From: Octopus sinensis
Lineage: Eukaryota
Direction of reading: 5' to 3'
Length of the DNA stretch: 64,000 nt
NCBI RefSeq assembly: GCF_006345805.1
Contig: NC_043012.1
Location: forward strand, 1,240,001 to 1,304,000
The translations under genes and the position numbers were made by a program. Below the pieces are notes generated by a model, which saw only the letters and a list, made by a program, of their open reading frames with translations, was not told the origin of the DNA and did no database searches. Of the stretch, positions 36,992 through 50,188 are shown piece by piece; position 1 is the first letter of the stretch; each line of letters begins with the position of its first letter.

Positions 36992-37277
36992 TATAAAGGA
37001 ATGTAAAAAACAGATGAGTAAACATCCAGACAGATGATACAAAAGAGGGACAAGAAAAAATACGGACGGGTCATTCGAAGTTTACATTCCTTAGTCGAGT
37101 TCCAGATTATCTTTCCAAATTTTGGCTGGTTATACTCGTGATTGCTCCAATCTGGCCAGCCCCAAGGAAAAACTAAGCTAAGAGCACTAGATTCCTTGGA
37201 AGAAAGCAGCGAATGTATACGAAAACAAGGACGGAAAAAAATAAGACGGATACATATATATATATTTATATATAAGT

Positions 37278-37581
37278 GGAGGCGCAATGGCCAGTTGTTA
37301 GGGCAGCGGACTCGCGGTTGTAGGATCGCAGTTTCGATTCCCAGACCGGGCGTTGTGAGTGTTTATTGAGCGAAAACACCTAAAAGCTCCACGAGGCTCT
37401 GGCAGGGGGTGGTGATCCCTGCTGTACTCTTTCACCACTCTTTCTCTCAATCTTTCGTCTGTTGGCCTACTTGCTTAGCCAGCGGGGTGGCGTCATTCGA
37501 AAGCTAAAACAATGCGAACGCATTGTGACCAGCGATGTGTAACAGCATCTGATGGTCTGGTCGGTCACATGATCACGTGAT
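37278..37581 (+). mobile_element. SINE family C variant (shared head, different tail)
   Basis: First 165 bp or so match 6137 onward; the tail matches 8555-8673. Confidence 0.85.
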
Positions 37582-38687
37582 ATATATACATATATCTGTT
37601 GCTTGTGTATATATATATTTATATGTTTGAGTGTGTGTCTTTGTGTCGGTGTTTGTCCACCCACCATCACTTGACAACCGATGCTGGAGTGTTTTATATC
37701 ACCATAATTTAGCAGTTCGGCAAAGTATTTATTGACCTTTTTCTTTCCTTTAAAAATCGGCGCAAACTTTCCAGACAACCCAATACCTATAGTAGAAAGA
37801 ATTATTATAAATTTACCAAGTCTGCAAAATTGTTAACATGTCAGACATAGTGCTTTGCGGCATTCCATCAGTTTTTTTATGTTCTGGGTTCAAATTCCGA
37901 CAATGTCAACCTTGGCTTTCCTCATTTCAGGGTCGATAAAATAAGTACCAGGTGAGCACCAAGACGGAGTCAATGTAACTGGCTAGCACCCTCCCCCCAA
38001 AATTTCAGGCCTTGTACTAATTGTAGAAAGAATCATTTGCCAACTAATTATCCAATTAATTGGTTGTTTGATTAATCATTTGCCCAGTCAGTCAGTTTAC
38101 TGGAACCGGTATGATGGAGTCCTTTTCTGCCATTCACAATGAAATGCCCCACCACAATTACATTGCTGTTACACAAAATCTGTCTCAATAAGCTGCAATA
38201 CGTGCCTTTGCATAGGTTTATTAACATCGAAAATAAATACAATCACAAGAATTCAATATATTTGGGATAAATTACCTTAAAACGAAAGCCATTCGCAATC
38301 TTCAGTTTTTCTAAGAATGTTGATTTAATAAACTTTGTTGCTTCCAAGGAATTCAGGAAACGGCTCAAACAAGGTTTCAATAAAGGCAAAAAGCATTCCA
38401 AAAAACGTTTTTAAAAAATATAATTTGTAATGAAATTTTGCTGTTGGATTTTTGTAAAAAAATTTTTCTGGGGAAACTTGGCTCTTTTTTGTTTCAGAAT
38501 ATTAGACCAATTTACATATTTATCTTTTATGAATTACATTGTGTTTGTTCAATATAATTTCTGATTGCCTTTTTATGAAACTAGCTACAAACATGTCCCA
38601 GCTAAGATTAGCTTGTTTACTATAAGCTACCTCCTCAACAATCATCAATAACTACTAAAAATATTATTATTTTTAAGCATCATTATC

Positions 38688-38956
38688 AGCTTCTTCTTCT
38701 TCTTCTTCTTTTTCTTCTTCTTCTTCTTCTCCTCCTCCTTCTTCTTCTTCTTCTTCTTCTTCTTCTTCTTCTTCTTCTTCTTCTTCTCTTCTTCTTCTTC
38801 TCTTCTAACTTCTTCTTCTTCTCTTCTTCTTCTTCTTCTTCTTCTTCTTCTCTTCTACTTTCTCTTCTTCTTCTTCGGTCTTCTTCTTCCTTCCTCCTTC
38901 CTTCTTCTTCTTCTTCTTCTTCTACTTCTTCTTCTTCTTCTTCTACTCTTCTTCTT

Positions 38957-38985
<29 letters not shown>
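38688..38985. repeat. (CTT)n microsatellite
   Basis: Direct reading. Confidence 0.95.
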
Positions 38986-38989
<4 letters not shown>

Positions 38990-39279
38990 CCTACCATTTC
39001 TATTCACAGGGCTTTTATCGGCCTAAGAGTAAAACAGGAGACTCTCATCCAAGCTGCTATTTTGTAGAGCATATATAGAATGTATATTTATGCCAATCTA
39101 TTTGCTGATGCAATATATATATATACATATAAATATGTATAAATATGTATATAGATGTATACACATATATACATATACGTGTGAATGTGCTTGTGTATAT
39201 ATATATATATATTAACTTTTACAAGGAAATCTTGATAGCAACTTTTAAATTTTCGTTTACTAGCAATAATCAAACTTTA

Positions 39280-39309
<30 letters not shown>

Positions 39310-39311
<2 letters not shown>

Positions 39312-39460
39312 CTGGAGTAAGCACATAAATGTGAAACAAGGTGGAAAAAAGAGTACTCAAATACCAGAGGTAGAGTAATATGCTTTATTTAAAAGCAGCT
39401 GAAATATAACAAAAGCTGCTACTCAGAGTTTCACGTTCCCATTCGTTAGACAGGTTTGTT
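39310..39460 (-). mobile_element. HHR family 1 element
   Basis: Minus-strand motif at 39411-39458: AAACCUGU CUAACGA AUG GGAA CGU GAAA CUC U GAG UA GCAGCUUU. Confidence 0.7.
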
Positions 39461-39469
39461 ATATATATA

Positions 39470-39505
<36 letters not shown>

Positions 39506-39507
<2 letters not shown>

Positions 39508-41876
39508 TATATCATCATCATCAACATCATCATCATTTAACATGCGTTGTCCACGTTGGCATGGCTTGGATGGTTTGACCTGAGCTGGCAAACTAGAAAG
39601 TGACACCAGGTTCCAGTTTGATTTCGCACGGTTTCTACAGATGTAGTAGATGGAGTGTAGCAGATGCTTTTTATGTGCCACTGGCACAGGGGCCAGCGGA
39701 GGCTGGCAACGGCCACAATTTTTTGGTGCTTTTTATGTGCCACTGGCATAGAAGCTAGTCAAGGCAGTGCTGGCATCAGCCACATTCAGATGGTGTTTTT
39801 TATGTGCCACCAGCGTGGGTATCACAACTACAATTTCCATTTGATTTTCATTTTGATGTTGATGTACTTGACTCAATAGGTCTCCTCAAGCACAGCATGT
39901 TGCCCTACAATCCAAGGTACTCTTGAATGGGCTGGGACTGGTTATGCGAAACTGGTGTAGGATACAGCTGTGAGCTCATGTTATTTGCCAGGTCTTCGCA
40001 GTCACAGCATATCTCCAGAGGTCTTGGTCTTTCCGCATTGCCTCTATGAAGCTCAACGTTCAAAGGTCATGCTTCACCACCTCATCCCATGTCTTCCTGG
40101 GTCTACCACCACCCCAGATTCCTTTAACTGTTTGGGAGTAGCACTTCTCTACACATCTCTCCTCATCCATCTGTAGTACATAACCATACCAGCACAAACG
40201 TCTCTCTTGCATGCCGCATCCGATGCTTCTTATGTCCAACATTTCTCTCAGGGCACTTACACTCCATCATGTGTGCACACTGTCATTACACATCCAGTGG
40301 ATCATGTTAGCTTCATTTGTTTCGAGCCTATGTATGTCCTCCACAGTCATGGCCCATGTTTCACTGCTGTGAAGCATGGCAGTTCGCACACATGCGTCGT
40401 ACAATCTACCTTTCTCTCTGAGCGAGGGACCCTTTGTCACCAGTAGGGGTAGGAGCTTTCTAAACTTTTCCCAGGCTATTCTTATTCTTGTGGTAACACT
40501 CTCAGAGCATCCACCCCACTACTAACTTGGTCATCTAGGTAGCAGAAGCTATCAACTATTTCTAGTTTCTTCCCCTGGAGTGTGATGGAATCTGTTTTCT
40601 GAGCATCTGTGGTGTTTATTGCCCCTGTGCATCTGCTGCACATGAAAGCTATCTTCCTGGTTAATCTTCCTTTGATGTTGCTGCACCTCTTATGTGTCCA
40701 TAGCTTACACTGGGTATATCTTATGGAGTTTCTACCAACACCTTTTCTACGTGAGGGGGTTTGTGATGAGTTCACCTTCCTACTTACTAGAACTTTGGTC
40801 TTTGCTACAATCACTCTAATGCCTTTTGATTCTAAACCTTGCTTCCACATGATTCTGCTATGAGAGCCAGGGCATCAGCATAGAGGAACTCCCAGGAGCA
40901 ACCCATCTTGAATTCCTCTGCTATTGCCTGGAGAACTATGATGAATAAAAGGGGCCTGAGGGCTGAACCTTAGTGGACTCCTACTTCTACCTGGAATTCT
41001 TCACTATGCTCATTGCCAATCCTAATCTTACGAATGGCCTCTCTGTATAGGGCCTGTACAGCCTTTATTAACCATTCATCAATCCCCACTTTCCACATCG
41101 CCCACCAGATAAGGGATCGGGGGATCCTGTCAAAGGCTTTCTCCAAGTCCACAAAAGCTAAGTACAGGGGTTTATCTTTAGCTAGGTATTTCTCCTGCAG
41201 TGTTGAACCACGAATATAGCATCAGTGGTGCTTCTACCTGGCACAAAACTGAACTTCATCTCACCTAAGCAGATTCTCTCCATAATGGGATGGGCTATGA
41301 CCCTCTCCGGGAACTTCATCACCTGATCCAATTGTCTGATACCCCTGTATTTATTTCTATCTAGAGCTTCACCTTTAACCTTGTAGCAGTTGAATATGGT
41401 GCTGCTACGCCAGTTATTGGGTATGACTCCATCATGAACTACCTGGTTTACAATGCCATATCCCACACCACCAGATATCTCCTCAGCAGTGATTTCTGAT
41501 GGGCCGAGGGCTTTTCCTGACTTCATACCCTTAATTGCTTTATCTACCAGGGAGCTATCTATTCAGATAGCTGGTCCCTCTACTGGGTCAACATTTGGCA
41601 GGCTCTTCTCTTCCCATTCATTCTCCACATTCAGCAGTCTTTTATAATGGTTTCTCCAAGCCTCTTTCTTCCAAGAATCATTAAAATCAAGTGCACCATC
41701 ATCCATGTGGATACATTTCTCTCCTGTGACATCACAATTTTCTCTCACCCACTGTCTTGCAATCTGAAATACTTCGGTTCTTTGGTCCTTGCATCACTGG
41801 ACATTGGCAAACTTCTTTTTCACTTTGCTCTTGGCTATGTATACCTGCTGCCCAGCCTCCCTTTTGGCTACCTGAG
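39506..41876 (-). mobile_element. 5'-truncated, decayed RTE-clade LINE (RT, Cys-rich insert, 3' UTR, (ATG)n tail)
   Basis: RT motifs ..FSFVPGRSTTDAIF.., DLEKAFDR.PR..IWWA, ..CYL.DQV; C-terminal WYGYV..GRPRKTW; many stops and frameshifts. Confidence 0.92.
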
Positions 41877-41905
41877 ATAGATAGATATAATATATATATA
41901 TATAT

Positions 41906-41956
<51 letters not shown>

Positions 41957-42547
41957 TGTATCTATATATATATTTAGAGAGAGAGAGAGAATGATACAAA
42001 TACAAATACATGCCCACAAAACTGTCTGCTTGTATTTGTGTGTAGATATAAAATAGTAAAATAGTTTAAAAGCTGCCGGGGTGTAGGTGGGAGACAATCA
42101 GTTTAAGTAAGGTGTTTACATTGTACAGAGTGTGGATCTATTAAGATTCCACTATTGCGAAGGAAGGTGGCACCGAGGCTTATATAACTTCCTGCGCCCC
42201 ACCCACAAAGGTATTTGCCTAGATGTGTTTATGAGTTATATATGTTTCAATACGTGCCTTTATCTTTAAGATATATATATATATATATATATCTAAATGT
42301 ATATTTGTTATTCAGTCCCTTTGATTTTGTATGCATGTGATTTTGTATGCATGTGTGTGTGTGCATGCATGCACATAAAAGGAGAGACAGTTAGATACAT
42401 GCATAGATAGATTTTGACTTTCAATGGAATATGTATAAAAAAAAAATGGTCAAAGAGACAAACAACTATAATTTAGCAACTAAACACATGTGTATGCGTG
42501 CTCACGTGTGTGAAAATGCATGCACAAATATATGTATGTATGTATGC

Positions 42548-42594
<47 letters not shown>

Positions 42595-42625
42595 TGCATG
42601 TATGTATATATATATATATATATAT

Positions 42626-42663
<38 letters not shown>

Positions 42664-42799
42664 TGCATGTATGTATGTATATGTACTCACATATATACAC
42701 ATATATAGATAAACAGATATGCATATAAATGTGAGTGCTGTATGTGTTTTTCTTATCCTGTTTTTGACTATATTTTTTGTCTTCATTACCTAGGGCTTC

Positions 42800-42897
42800 A
42801 ATTATTATTATTAATATTATTATTATTATTATTATTAGTATTACTATTACTATTACTATTATTATTATTATTATTATTATTATTACTACTACTACTA

Positions 42898-42928
<31 letters not shown>

Positions 42929-42963
42929 TACTATTACTATTATTAGTATTACTATTACTATTA

Positions 42964-42999
<36 letters not shown>

Positions 43000-43008
43000 T
43001 ACTATTAC

Positions 43009-43053
<45 letters not shown>

Positions 43054-43065
43054 TATTATTAGCAT
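42800..43065. repeat. (ATT)n/(ACT)n microsatellite
   Basis: Direct reading. Confidence 0.95.
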
Positions 43066-43513
43066 TGTTTTTATTTGCATGCCCTAAATCCACACGTTGA
43101 TTCGATTACGTTTTTTCCTAAGTCTTCTGATTTGACAGTTTTTCTCCGCCTCCTTTTTTTTTTAAGTAACGTTTACGTCATAATGAATCGTTAGCATACA
43201 TCAATTAGCATACAGCTATTTTTGTCCTAGTTCCAGTGATTAATTAAAACACACAAAAAATGAATCAAGTAAGATAACTCACAGTGGCCAGTGGCTTGTC
43301 TTTGAATAACATAGATTAATACAAAAGTATTAAATATCCTGTAATATAAATTCTTGATGTTTTTAAAGAACTATTTCTGCCTCTGGAGTATGTGTCAATT
43401 ATAAAACGGCAATTAAAATCAAATCATACAGGTATGATTTGGTAGCGTCAGCTCAAAACTGTTTGGTCACGTTGCTCAATTTTCCAAGATAGACCCTACT
43501 TATATACACACAT

Positions 43514-43921
43514 ACTCTTTACTCTTTTACTTGTTTCAGTCATTTGACTGCGGCCATGCTGGAGCACCGCCTTTAGTCGAGCAAATCGACCCCGGGACTT
43601 ATTCTTTGTAAGCCCAGCACTTATTCTATCGGTCTCTTTTGCCGAACCGCTAAGTGACGGGGACGTAAACACACCAGCATCGGTTGTCAAGCAATGCTTG
43701 GGGGACAAACACACAAACACATACACACACATACATATATATATATATACATATATACGACAGGATTCTTTTAGTTTCCATCTACCAAATCCACTCACAA
43801 GGCATTGGTCGGCCCGAGGCTATAGCAGAAGACACTTGCCCAAGATGCCATGCAGTGGGACTGAACCCGGAACCATGTGGTTGGTTAGCAAGCTACTTAC
43901 CACACAGCCACTCCTGCGCCT
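43514..43921 (-). mobile_element. SINE family A, full length
   Basis: Sequence match to family A. Confidence 0.9.
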
Positions 43922-44000
43922 ATATGCACACACATACCTCTTAGTGTATATTTGTACTCAGTTTCTTTGAGTGTGTGTGTGTGTAAAAAAGAGATATCAA

Positions 44001-44315
44001 TAGGAGGGGTTGCTGAGAAGTTCCTGACTTTAAGGGGGCCTGGTTGGAGGCTCAACTTCCTGAGTTCTTTTCAGTGCTTAGGAAAACTGAAGGACCACTG
44101 CACTAAGTGTGTGAATCTGAGAGGGGAATATGTTTAATAAAATCATAATCCAGATGTAGGAGTGGCTACATGGTAAGTAGCTTGCTTACCAACCATATGG
44201 TTCTGGGTTCACTCCCACTGCGTGGCACCTTGGGCAAGTGTCTTCTACTATAGCCTCGGGCCGATCAAAACCTTGTGAGTGTCTTTGGTAGATAGAAGCT
44301 GAAAGAAGCCCGTTG

Positions 44316-44347
<32 letters not shown>

Positions 44348-44648
44348 CATATGTATATATATGTATGAGTGTATGTATATATTTGTGTGTCTGTGTTTGT
44401 CCCCCCAACATCGCTTGACAACCGATGCTGGTGTGTTTACGTACCCATAACTTAGTGGTTCCGCAAGAGAGATCAATAGAAAAAGTACTAGGATTACAAA
44501 GAATAAGTCCTGGGTTCGATTTGCTCGACTAAAGGTTGTGCTCCAGCATGGCCACAGCCAAATGACTGAAACAAGTAAAAGAGTAACTGATCCTCCTGTA
44601 TTTTCTTTTACTGAAAGCCAGGATCTCTTCAGCACCGACCCCCTCATA
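44001..44648 (+). mobile_element. mariner-derived MITE with a nested family A SINE (44154-44585)
   Basis: Degenerate TIRs aggaggggttgctgagaagttcctgacttt / aaagccaggatctcttcagcaccgaccccctcata; transposase end KLKDHCTKCVNLRGEYV. Confidence 0.7.
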
Positions 44649-44844
44649 ACTTGGAAAATAGAGCAACAGGGCCAAACAGTTTGAGATGGCACTCCTGAGT
44701 CATACAAGTAACAGAACACATCTCAGCTTCTGAGTAAAGACATTGGTTGACTATGAATCTGACCAATTGACCGACACTGCTTCTATTCATAAGCACTGGG
44801 TAGAACATTTTTCTACACTTTTGAATAGACCATCTGCCATTGAC

Positions 44845-45491
44845 ATGAGGATGACAGAAAGCATTGTCAAAAATGAATGAAAAACTTCTACTCCCCCGTC
44901 CCAGACTGGTCAACAGAAGAGGGCAAATCATTCTTCATGACAATGCCCGACCACACATTTCACTAATGACACTCCAGAAGTTGAGAGAACTTGGCTATGA
45001 AGTTCTTCCTCATCCAGCTTATTGCCCAGACCTTTTCCTTTCTCCGTCCAGGTTGTGGATCCGTGGAATAAGCTGCCAGACGAGATGGTGAAGATGCCGA
45101 CGACCGCTCAGTTCAAAGTCTCCCTTGACCTCAAGTGGCCTGAACTCTTTACATGAACACCATCTTGTACATAACTCCATGTTCCCCTACATGGCTTTGC
45201 TTTTTGATTTTTGAGCCAAAAAATTAACAAACTAACTACTACATATTCAAGCACCTTGCTACAAGAGAAGGAGTTCAAAACTCAAAACAATGGTGAAGTT
45301 TTGCAAAGAGTTCATCAGATTCAACACTCACGATAGTTATGTTACTGGAATAAACAAACTAGTGACTCATAGGCAAAAATGTATTGATTTTAACAGTACT
45401 TACTTTGAGAAATAAAATTTCTGCCTTGTTGAAATATATTGTGATGAATTTCATGTTTCAAAACGTTGCTTACTTTTTACTCAGCCTGATA
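44845..45491 (+). mobile_element. mariner (Hsmar1/cecropia-like) transposase C-terminal half with right TIR
   Basis: [38 protein letters not shown], then YIFKHL..GINKLVTHRQKCID. Confidence 0.85.
45040..45229 (+). mobile_element. CR1-clade LINE 3' end inserted into the mariner YSPDL region
   Basis: [38 protein letters not shown], then a 3' UTR; the mariner frame resumes after it. Confidence 0.75.
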
Positions 45492-45667
45492 TATTCAAAT
45501 ATACACATATATGTATATATTATATATGTAAGTATATATATGTATATATATCTATCTATCTGTATATATGAGTGTGTGTGCATGTATATATATGCATACT
45601 CACTCTTCCTCTCTCTCTCTCCCCCTCTCCCTCTCTCTCTCTCTATATATATATATGTGTGTATGTA

Positions 45668-46532
45668 TATGAGGCGGTCTATAAAATAACTGGAAATATT
45701 CTCTGTGGGACAAACTCATTGTAATTAAGGCTTCTGTCACTAGAAGCTACTTGATGTAACCCTCAGGCATCAGTCTCCTGACCACCAGCAGCAGCAGTGA
45801 GTAAAGTCGTACTGCCATGTTGTGTATCCTTGTTTTACAGCAATTCTGCCCTGTTCATAGATTTTTGGCAATGGCTGGTGAAAACAACACCTGAAACAGT
45901 TGTCATGCTTCAAACAGCTTACAAGACCACTGCCATCAGCAACACATAAGTTCATGAATGGTTTCCACACTTTAGAAATGGTCATTTGTCGCTTGGGAAC
46001 CAATCTCATTCAGGGTGACTGTCAACTCCCCAAATGAACGGAAACATCATGAAAATTCATGAAGTGATCCTGGAGGACTGTCACTGAACAATTGATGAAC
46101 TTGTTGATATGACTGGTGTGTCCTGGAGCTCCTGCCAACGAATTTCGAGCAAGGAATTGCGAATGAAAAGAGTTGCAACAAAATTTGTGTCTTCCTTTGC
46201 TCACAGGAGATCAAAAGCAGTCATGATTGAATGAGTGACCCCTCTTATACAATCTCCTTATTTACGCAATCTTGTGTCCTGTGATCTTTTTTGTTCCCCC
46301 AAATGGAAAAAGTCCTTAAAGGAGGACATTTTGCAGATGTGGAAGAAGTGATGAAAAATAGGACAGAGGCATTACAAGGCATCACTTTGCTAGAGTTCCA
46401 GCACTGCTTCGAACAGTGGAAAACGTATCTGGACCAATGCATTGCTTCAAATGGAGAATACTTTGAAGGCGATAAAACTAAGTGAATAAAATAATATTGC
46501 AAAATTCTGGTTTCTTTTGGGTATCCACTCAT
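45668..46532 (+). mobile_element. Internally deleted mariner element with decayed TIRs
   Basis: N-terminal ETVVMLQTAY..V.EWF..F..G..S..RVA.KFV; C-terminal FPQMEKVLKGGHFADVEEV..FEQWK..CIASNGEYFEGD. Confidence 0.8.
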
Positions 46533-46639
46533 ATTGATTCATTTATTTAATTAGTATTATTATTATCATTATTGAGGGAGAGGGCAATGCATGTCATCAA
46601 AGTGACACTGGGTCACAAATATACGAAACTCAATATACC

Positions 46640-46860
46640 TATTTCTTTACTACCCACAAGGGGCTAAACACAGAGAGGACAAACAAGGACAGACAAAGAG
46701 ATTAAGTCGATTACATCGACTCCAGTGCGTAACTGGTACTTGATTCATCGACCCCGAAAGGATGAAAAGCAAAGTCGACCTCGGCAGAATTTGAACTCAG
46801 AACGTAACGGCAGACAAAATACCGCTAAGCATTTCGTCCAGCGTGCTAACGTTTCTGCCA
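46640..46860 (-). mobile_element. SINE family B
   Basis: Sequence match to family B. Confidence 0.9.
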
Positions 46861-47189
46861 TGACTACCCATCTGATAAGGGTACACCAGGTACATGCATT
46901 ATAAAAATATGTGCACAACATGGCGATTTCATATCATGATAAACAGTGCATAACCTTGAAGGTGGAATCCAGTTAGTATTTTCTTCGGGTCAAGTAGCCC
47001 ATCCTGATCAACAGTTCCCTGCATAAGGTTTGTTTAAGAATGATGACCAAAACACACATGTTTGCAGAGGTGAATTATTCAAACTCCAAAGAATTCCTCT
47101 CAACACATCATTACAATGCTCTCCCATTACTCTTGCTTATGATCAGCGATGCATATATTGTTAACCACCAAGGGACATGGTCAATGGTT

Positions 47190-47411
47190 AAGGCGGCGAG
47201 CTGGCAGAAGCATTAGCACGCCGGGTGAAATGCTTAGCGGTATTTCGCCTGCCGCTACATTCTGAGTTCAAATTCTGCCGAGGTCGACTTTGCCTTTCAT
47301 CCTTTCGGGGTCGATTAAATAAGTACCAGTTACGCACTGGGGTCGATATAATCGACTTAATCCGTTTGTCTGTCCTCTCTGTGTTTAGCCCCTTGTGGGT
47401 AGTAAAGAAAT
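47190..47411 (+). mobile_element. SINE family B
   Basis: Sequence match to family B. Confidence 0.9.
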
Positions 47412-47523
47412 TTGTTAAGGTCAAGCAACTAACAAGCAAATCTGTGGTATTGAGCACAGAATGTTTTCTGTAACCCATCTTTAAACCAAGACAAAATATG
47501 CACATACATACATATACATATAT

Positions 47524-47558
<35 letters not shown>

Positions 47559-47591
47559 CATACACACACATATATATATATGTATGTATAT

Positions 47592-47937
47592 ACTCTTTTA
47601 CTCTTTTACTTGTTTCAGTCATCTGTCTGTGGCCATGCTGGAGCACTGCCTTTAGTCGAGCAAATCGGCCCCAGCCTTAGTACTTATTCTATTGGACTCT
47701 TTTTGCCGAACTGCTAAGTTACAGGGACGTATACACACCAGCATCGGTTGTCAAGCGACAAACACAGACATATAACGGGCTTCTTCCAGTTTCTATCTAC
47801 CAAATCCACTCACTAGGCTTTGGTCAGCCAGAGACTATAGTAGAAGACACTTGCCCAAGGTTCCACACAGTGGGACTGAACCCAGAACCATGTGGTTGGC
47901 AAGCAAGCTACTTACCACACACCCACTCCCACGCCTA
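47592..47937 (-). mobile_element. SINE family A lacking the internal microsatellite
   Basis: Sequence match to family A. Confidence 0.85.
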
Positions 47938-47955
47938 TATATATATATTATATAT

Positions 47956-48001
<46 letters not shown>

Positions 48002-48164
48002 CACATAGACAGACACACACACACAATATTCAGATGTTGATGTTCCCTGTATAGACACACTTGTAGTATTACCTTAATCAATAGTTATCTTTGAATATGT
48101 GGAATTAGCAAAACCTATTGCTACGTGATGGAGAGAATGAGAGGGATTGGCACTGATACATACG

Positions 48165-48203
<39 letters not shown>

Positions 48204-48910
48204 CGGTGACGACGACGACGGCGGCGGCGGTGGTGGTGGTGGTGGTGGTGGTGGTGGTGAAGCAGATAAGGATTGCATGGTGTATAAAGGAGATGAATAC
48301 AAACTTCAAGAATGTCTGATATAAAAAGGAAGGAATAAAACAGGAGATGAAATAATACAGGGGACAGAATAAGAAAGGCGGTGGGAGGAGGAGGAGGAAA
48401 ACAGGAAGAAGGAGGGGGAGGTCTATGGAAGAACAGAAATAAGAAGGAAGCAATGATAGTGAAGATGATGATGATGATGATGATGATGACATGATGATAA
48501 TAATAGTGATGAGGATGATGATGGTCGTATGATGGTCGTAGTGATGGTAGTGGTTGCGGTGGTGGTGATGGTCGTCATGTTGCTATTGATGATGATGATG
48601 AGGATTATAGTGATGACGACAACGATGATGATGATGATGATGATGATGACGAGGAGGAGGAGGAGGAGGATGGTAGTAGTGGTGATGGTGGTGGTGGTGG
48701 GTGGCAGTTATAGTAGATGATTACGATGAAGACGACGACGATGATGACGGCAATGTTGGGCAGGTGGGGGAGTGGTAGTGGAGATTGTAGGTGTTCTTCA
48801 CGTGGGTGATGATGATCATGATGGTGATGATAATGATGATTACCACGACGACCAGGACAACGACAATGATGAGGATGATAACGATGATGAATAGATAAAC
48901 GTGATGATGA
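48165..48910. repeat. (GAT)n/(GGT)n/(GAC)n triplet-repeat field
   Basis: Direct reading. Confidence 0.85.
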
Positions 48911-49642
48911 TAAATTGTATACTTGCATATAATTAACTAAACAACACAACAAAACAAATCAACAAACAAACAAATAAAAATTTTTATATATATATATATG
49001 TACATATATATGTATGTATAATATATATATAGTGTGTGTATATATTATTATATATATATATATATATGTACATATATCTGTGCATATATATATGTATATA
49101 TATGTATATATATGTATATATATATGTATATATATGTATTTATATGTATATATATATGTGTGTGTGTGTTATATATATATATATGTGTGTATATATATAT
49201 ATGTGTGTGGTGTGTGAGTATATATATGTAATATAATATGTGTGTGTGTGTAAATACACACACACACACATATACATACACATATATACCTGCACATAGA
49301 TATTTATAAATAAAAATCAACTTCCTATTTATTTATGAAAAGTAACTTTTAAATTCAATCATTGGAAACAGCATTTATCATTTATCTCGAAATAAATCTC
49401 ATGTTTTTTATGTGTCTTTCTCTGTTAAAGGATCAATTTTAATGCACAGCACGTATTTTTAAGCGACTTTTGTTTCAAAATAACCGGGGCAGTTCTTGCT
49501 TCTCCTTCTTAAGAATTTTTTTCTTTTAAGAAAAAAATTTTTATTTATGTTTGTCAGTTAACTTGTGTTTTCAGTTCTTCGTTTATGTGTTGTTGTGTTG
49601 GTGGTGGTGGTGGTGGTGGTGGTGTTGTTTTGTGTATGTTAG

Positions 49643-49714
49643 CAAAATATCTGCCGTTTCCTCGTTACATAAGTCTGGAGACGATGTAAAGGCTCAGAAG
49701 AAAAGTAATTGGAG
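49643..49714 (+). CDS. Candidate 72-nt symmetric internal micro-exon (unverified)
   Basis: tatgttag| .. gag|gtaatg; one open frame, KISAVSSLHKSGDDVKAQKKSNW; no homolog recognised. Confidence 0.2.
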
Positions 49715-50088
49715 GTAATGAAAAAGGCAAGAAAGAAACCAAAAAAAAATAATAAAAAAATAAATTTTAAAAAGAACTGAAAGAAAATAAAGAAGAAAAG
49801 GTTAATTTCTTTCAGATGTGTGTCTCCTCATTAGATAAAATTTATTTTTCCAATATGGTGGAAACTAACGATGATTAATTATGTCTTTAGTTAAGCATAA
49901 ATTTAAAGTTTTATTCAGGCTCAAAAAAAAAAAAGAAGAAAAACTTAATTCAAAGGATTTTATTTTTTTATTTTATATATTCTATACTTGTTTCAGCCAT
50001 TGGGCTGTGGTCATACTGGGGCACAACCTTGAAGTGGTTAGTTAAACAATTGAAACCCCAGTACTTTTTATTTTGAAGTCTGGTACTT

Positions 50089-50188
50089 NNNNNNNNNNNN
50101 NNNNNNNNNNNNNNNNNNNNNNNNNNNNNNNNNNNNNNNNNNNNNNNNNNNNNNNNNNNNNNNNNNNNNNNNNNNNNNNNNNNNNNNN
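50089..50188. other. Assembly gap (100 N)
   Basis: Exactly 100 N, which suggests a scaffolding spacer of unknown true size. Confidence 0.98.

Noticed and set aside
37090-37200. HHR-like fold on the minus strand (GGCUGG/CCAGCC, AAAUUU, UUUUUCC/GGAAAGA)
   Set aside because: The stems fit, but only 4 nt (UUGG) lie where CUGANGA should be, so it is not supportable without a family consensus.
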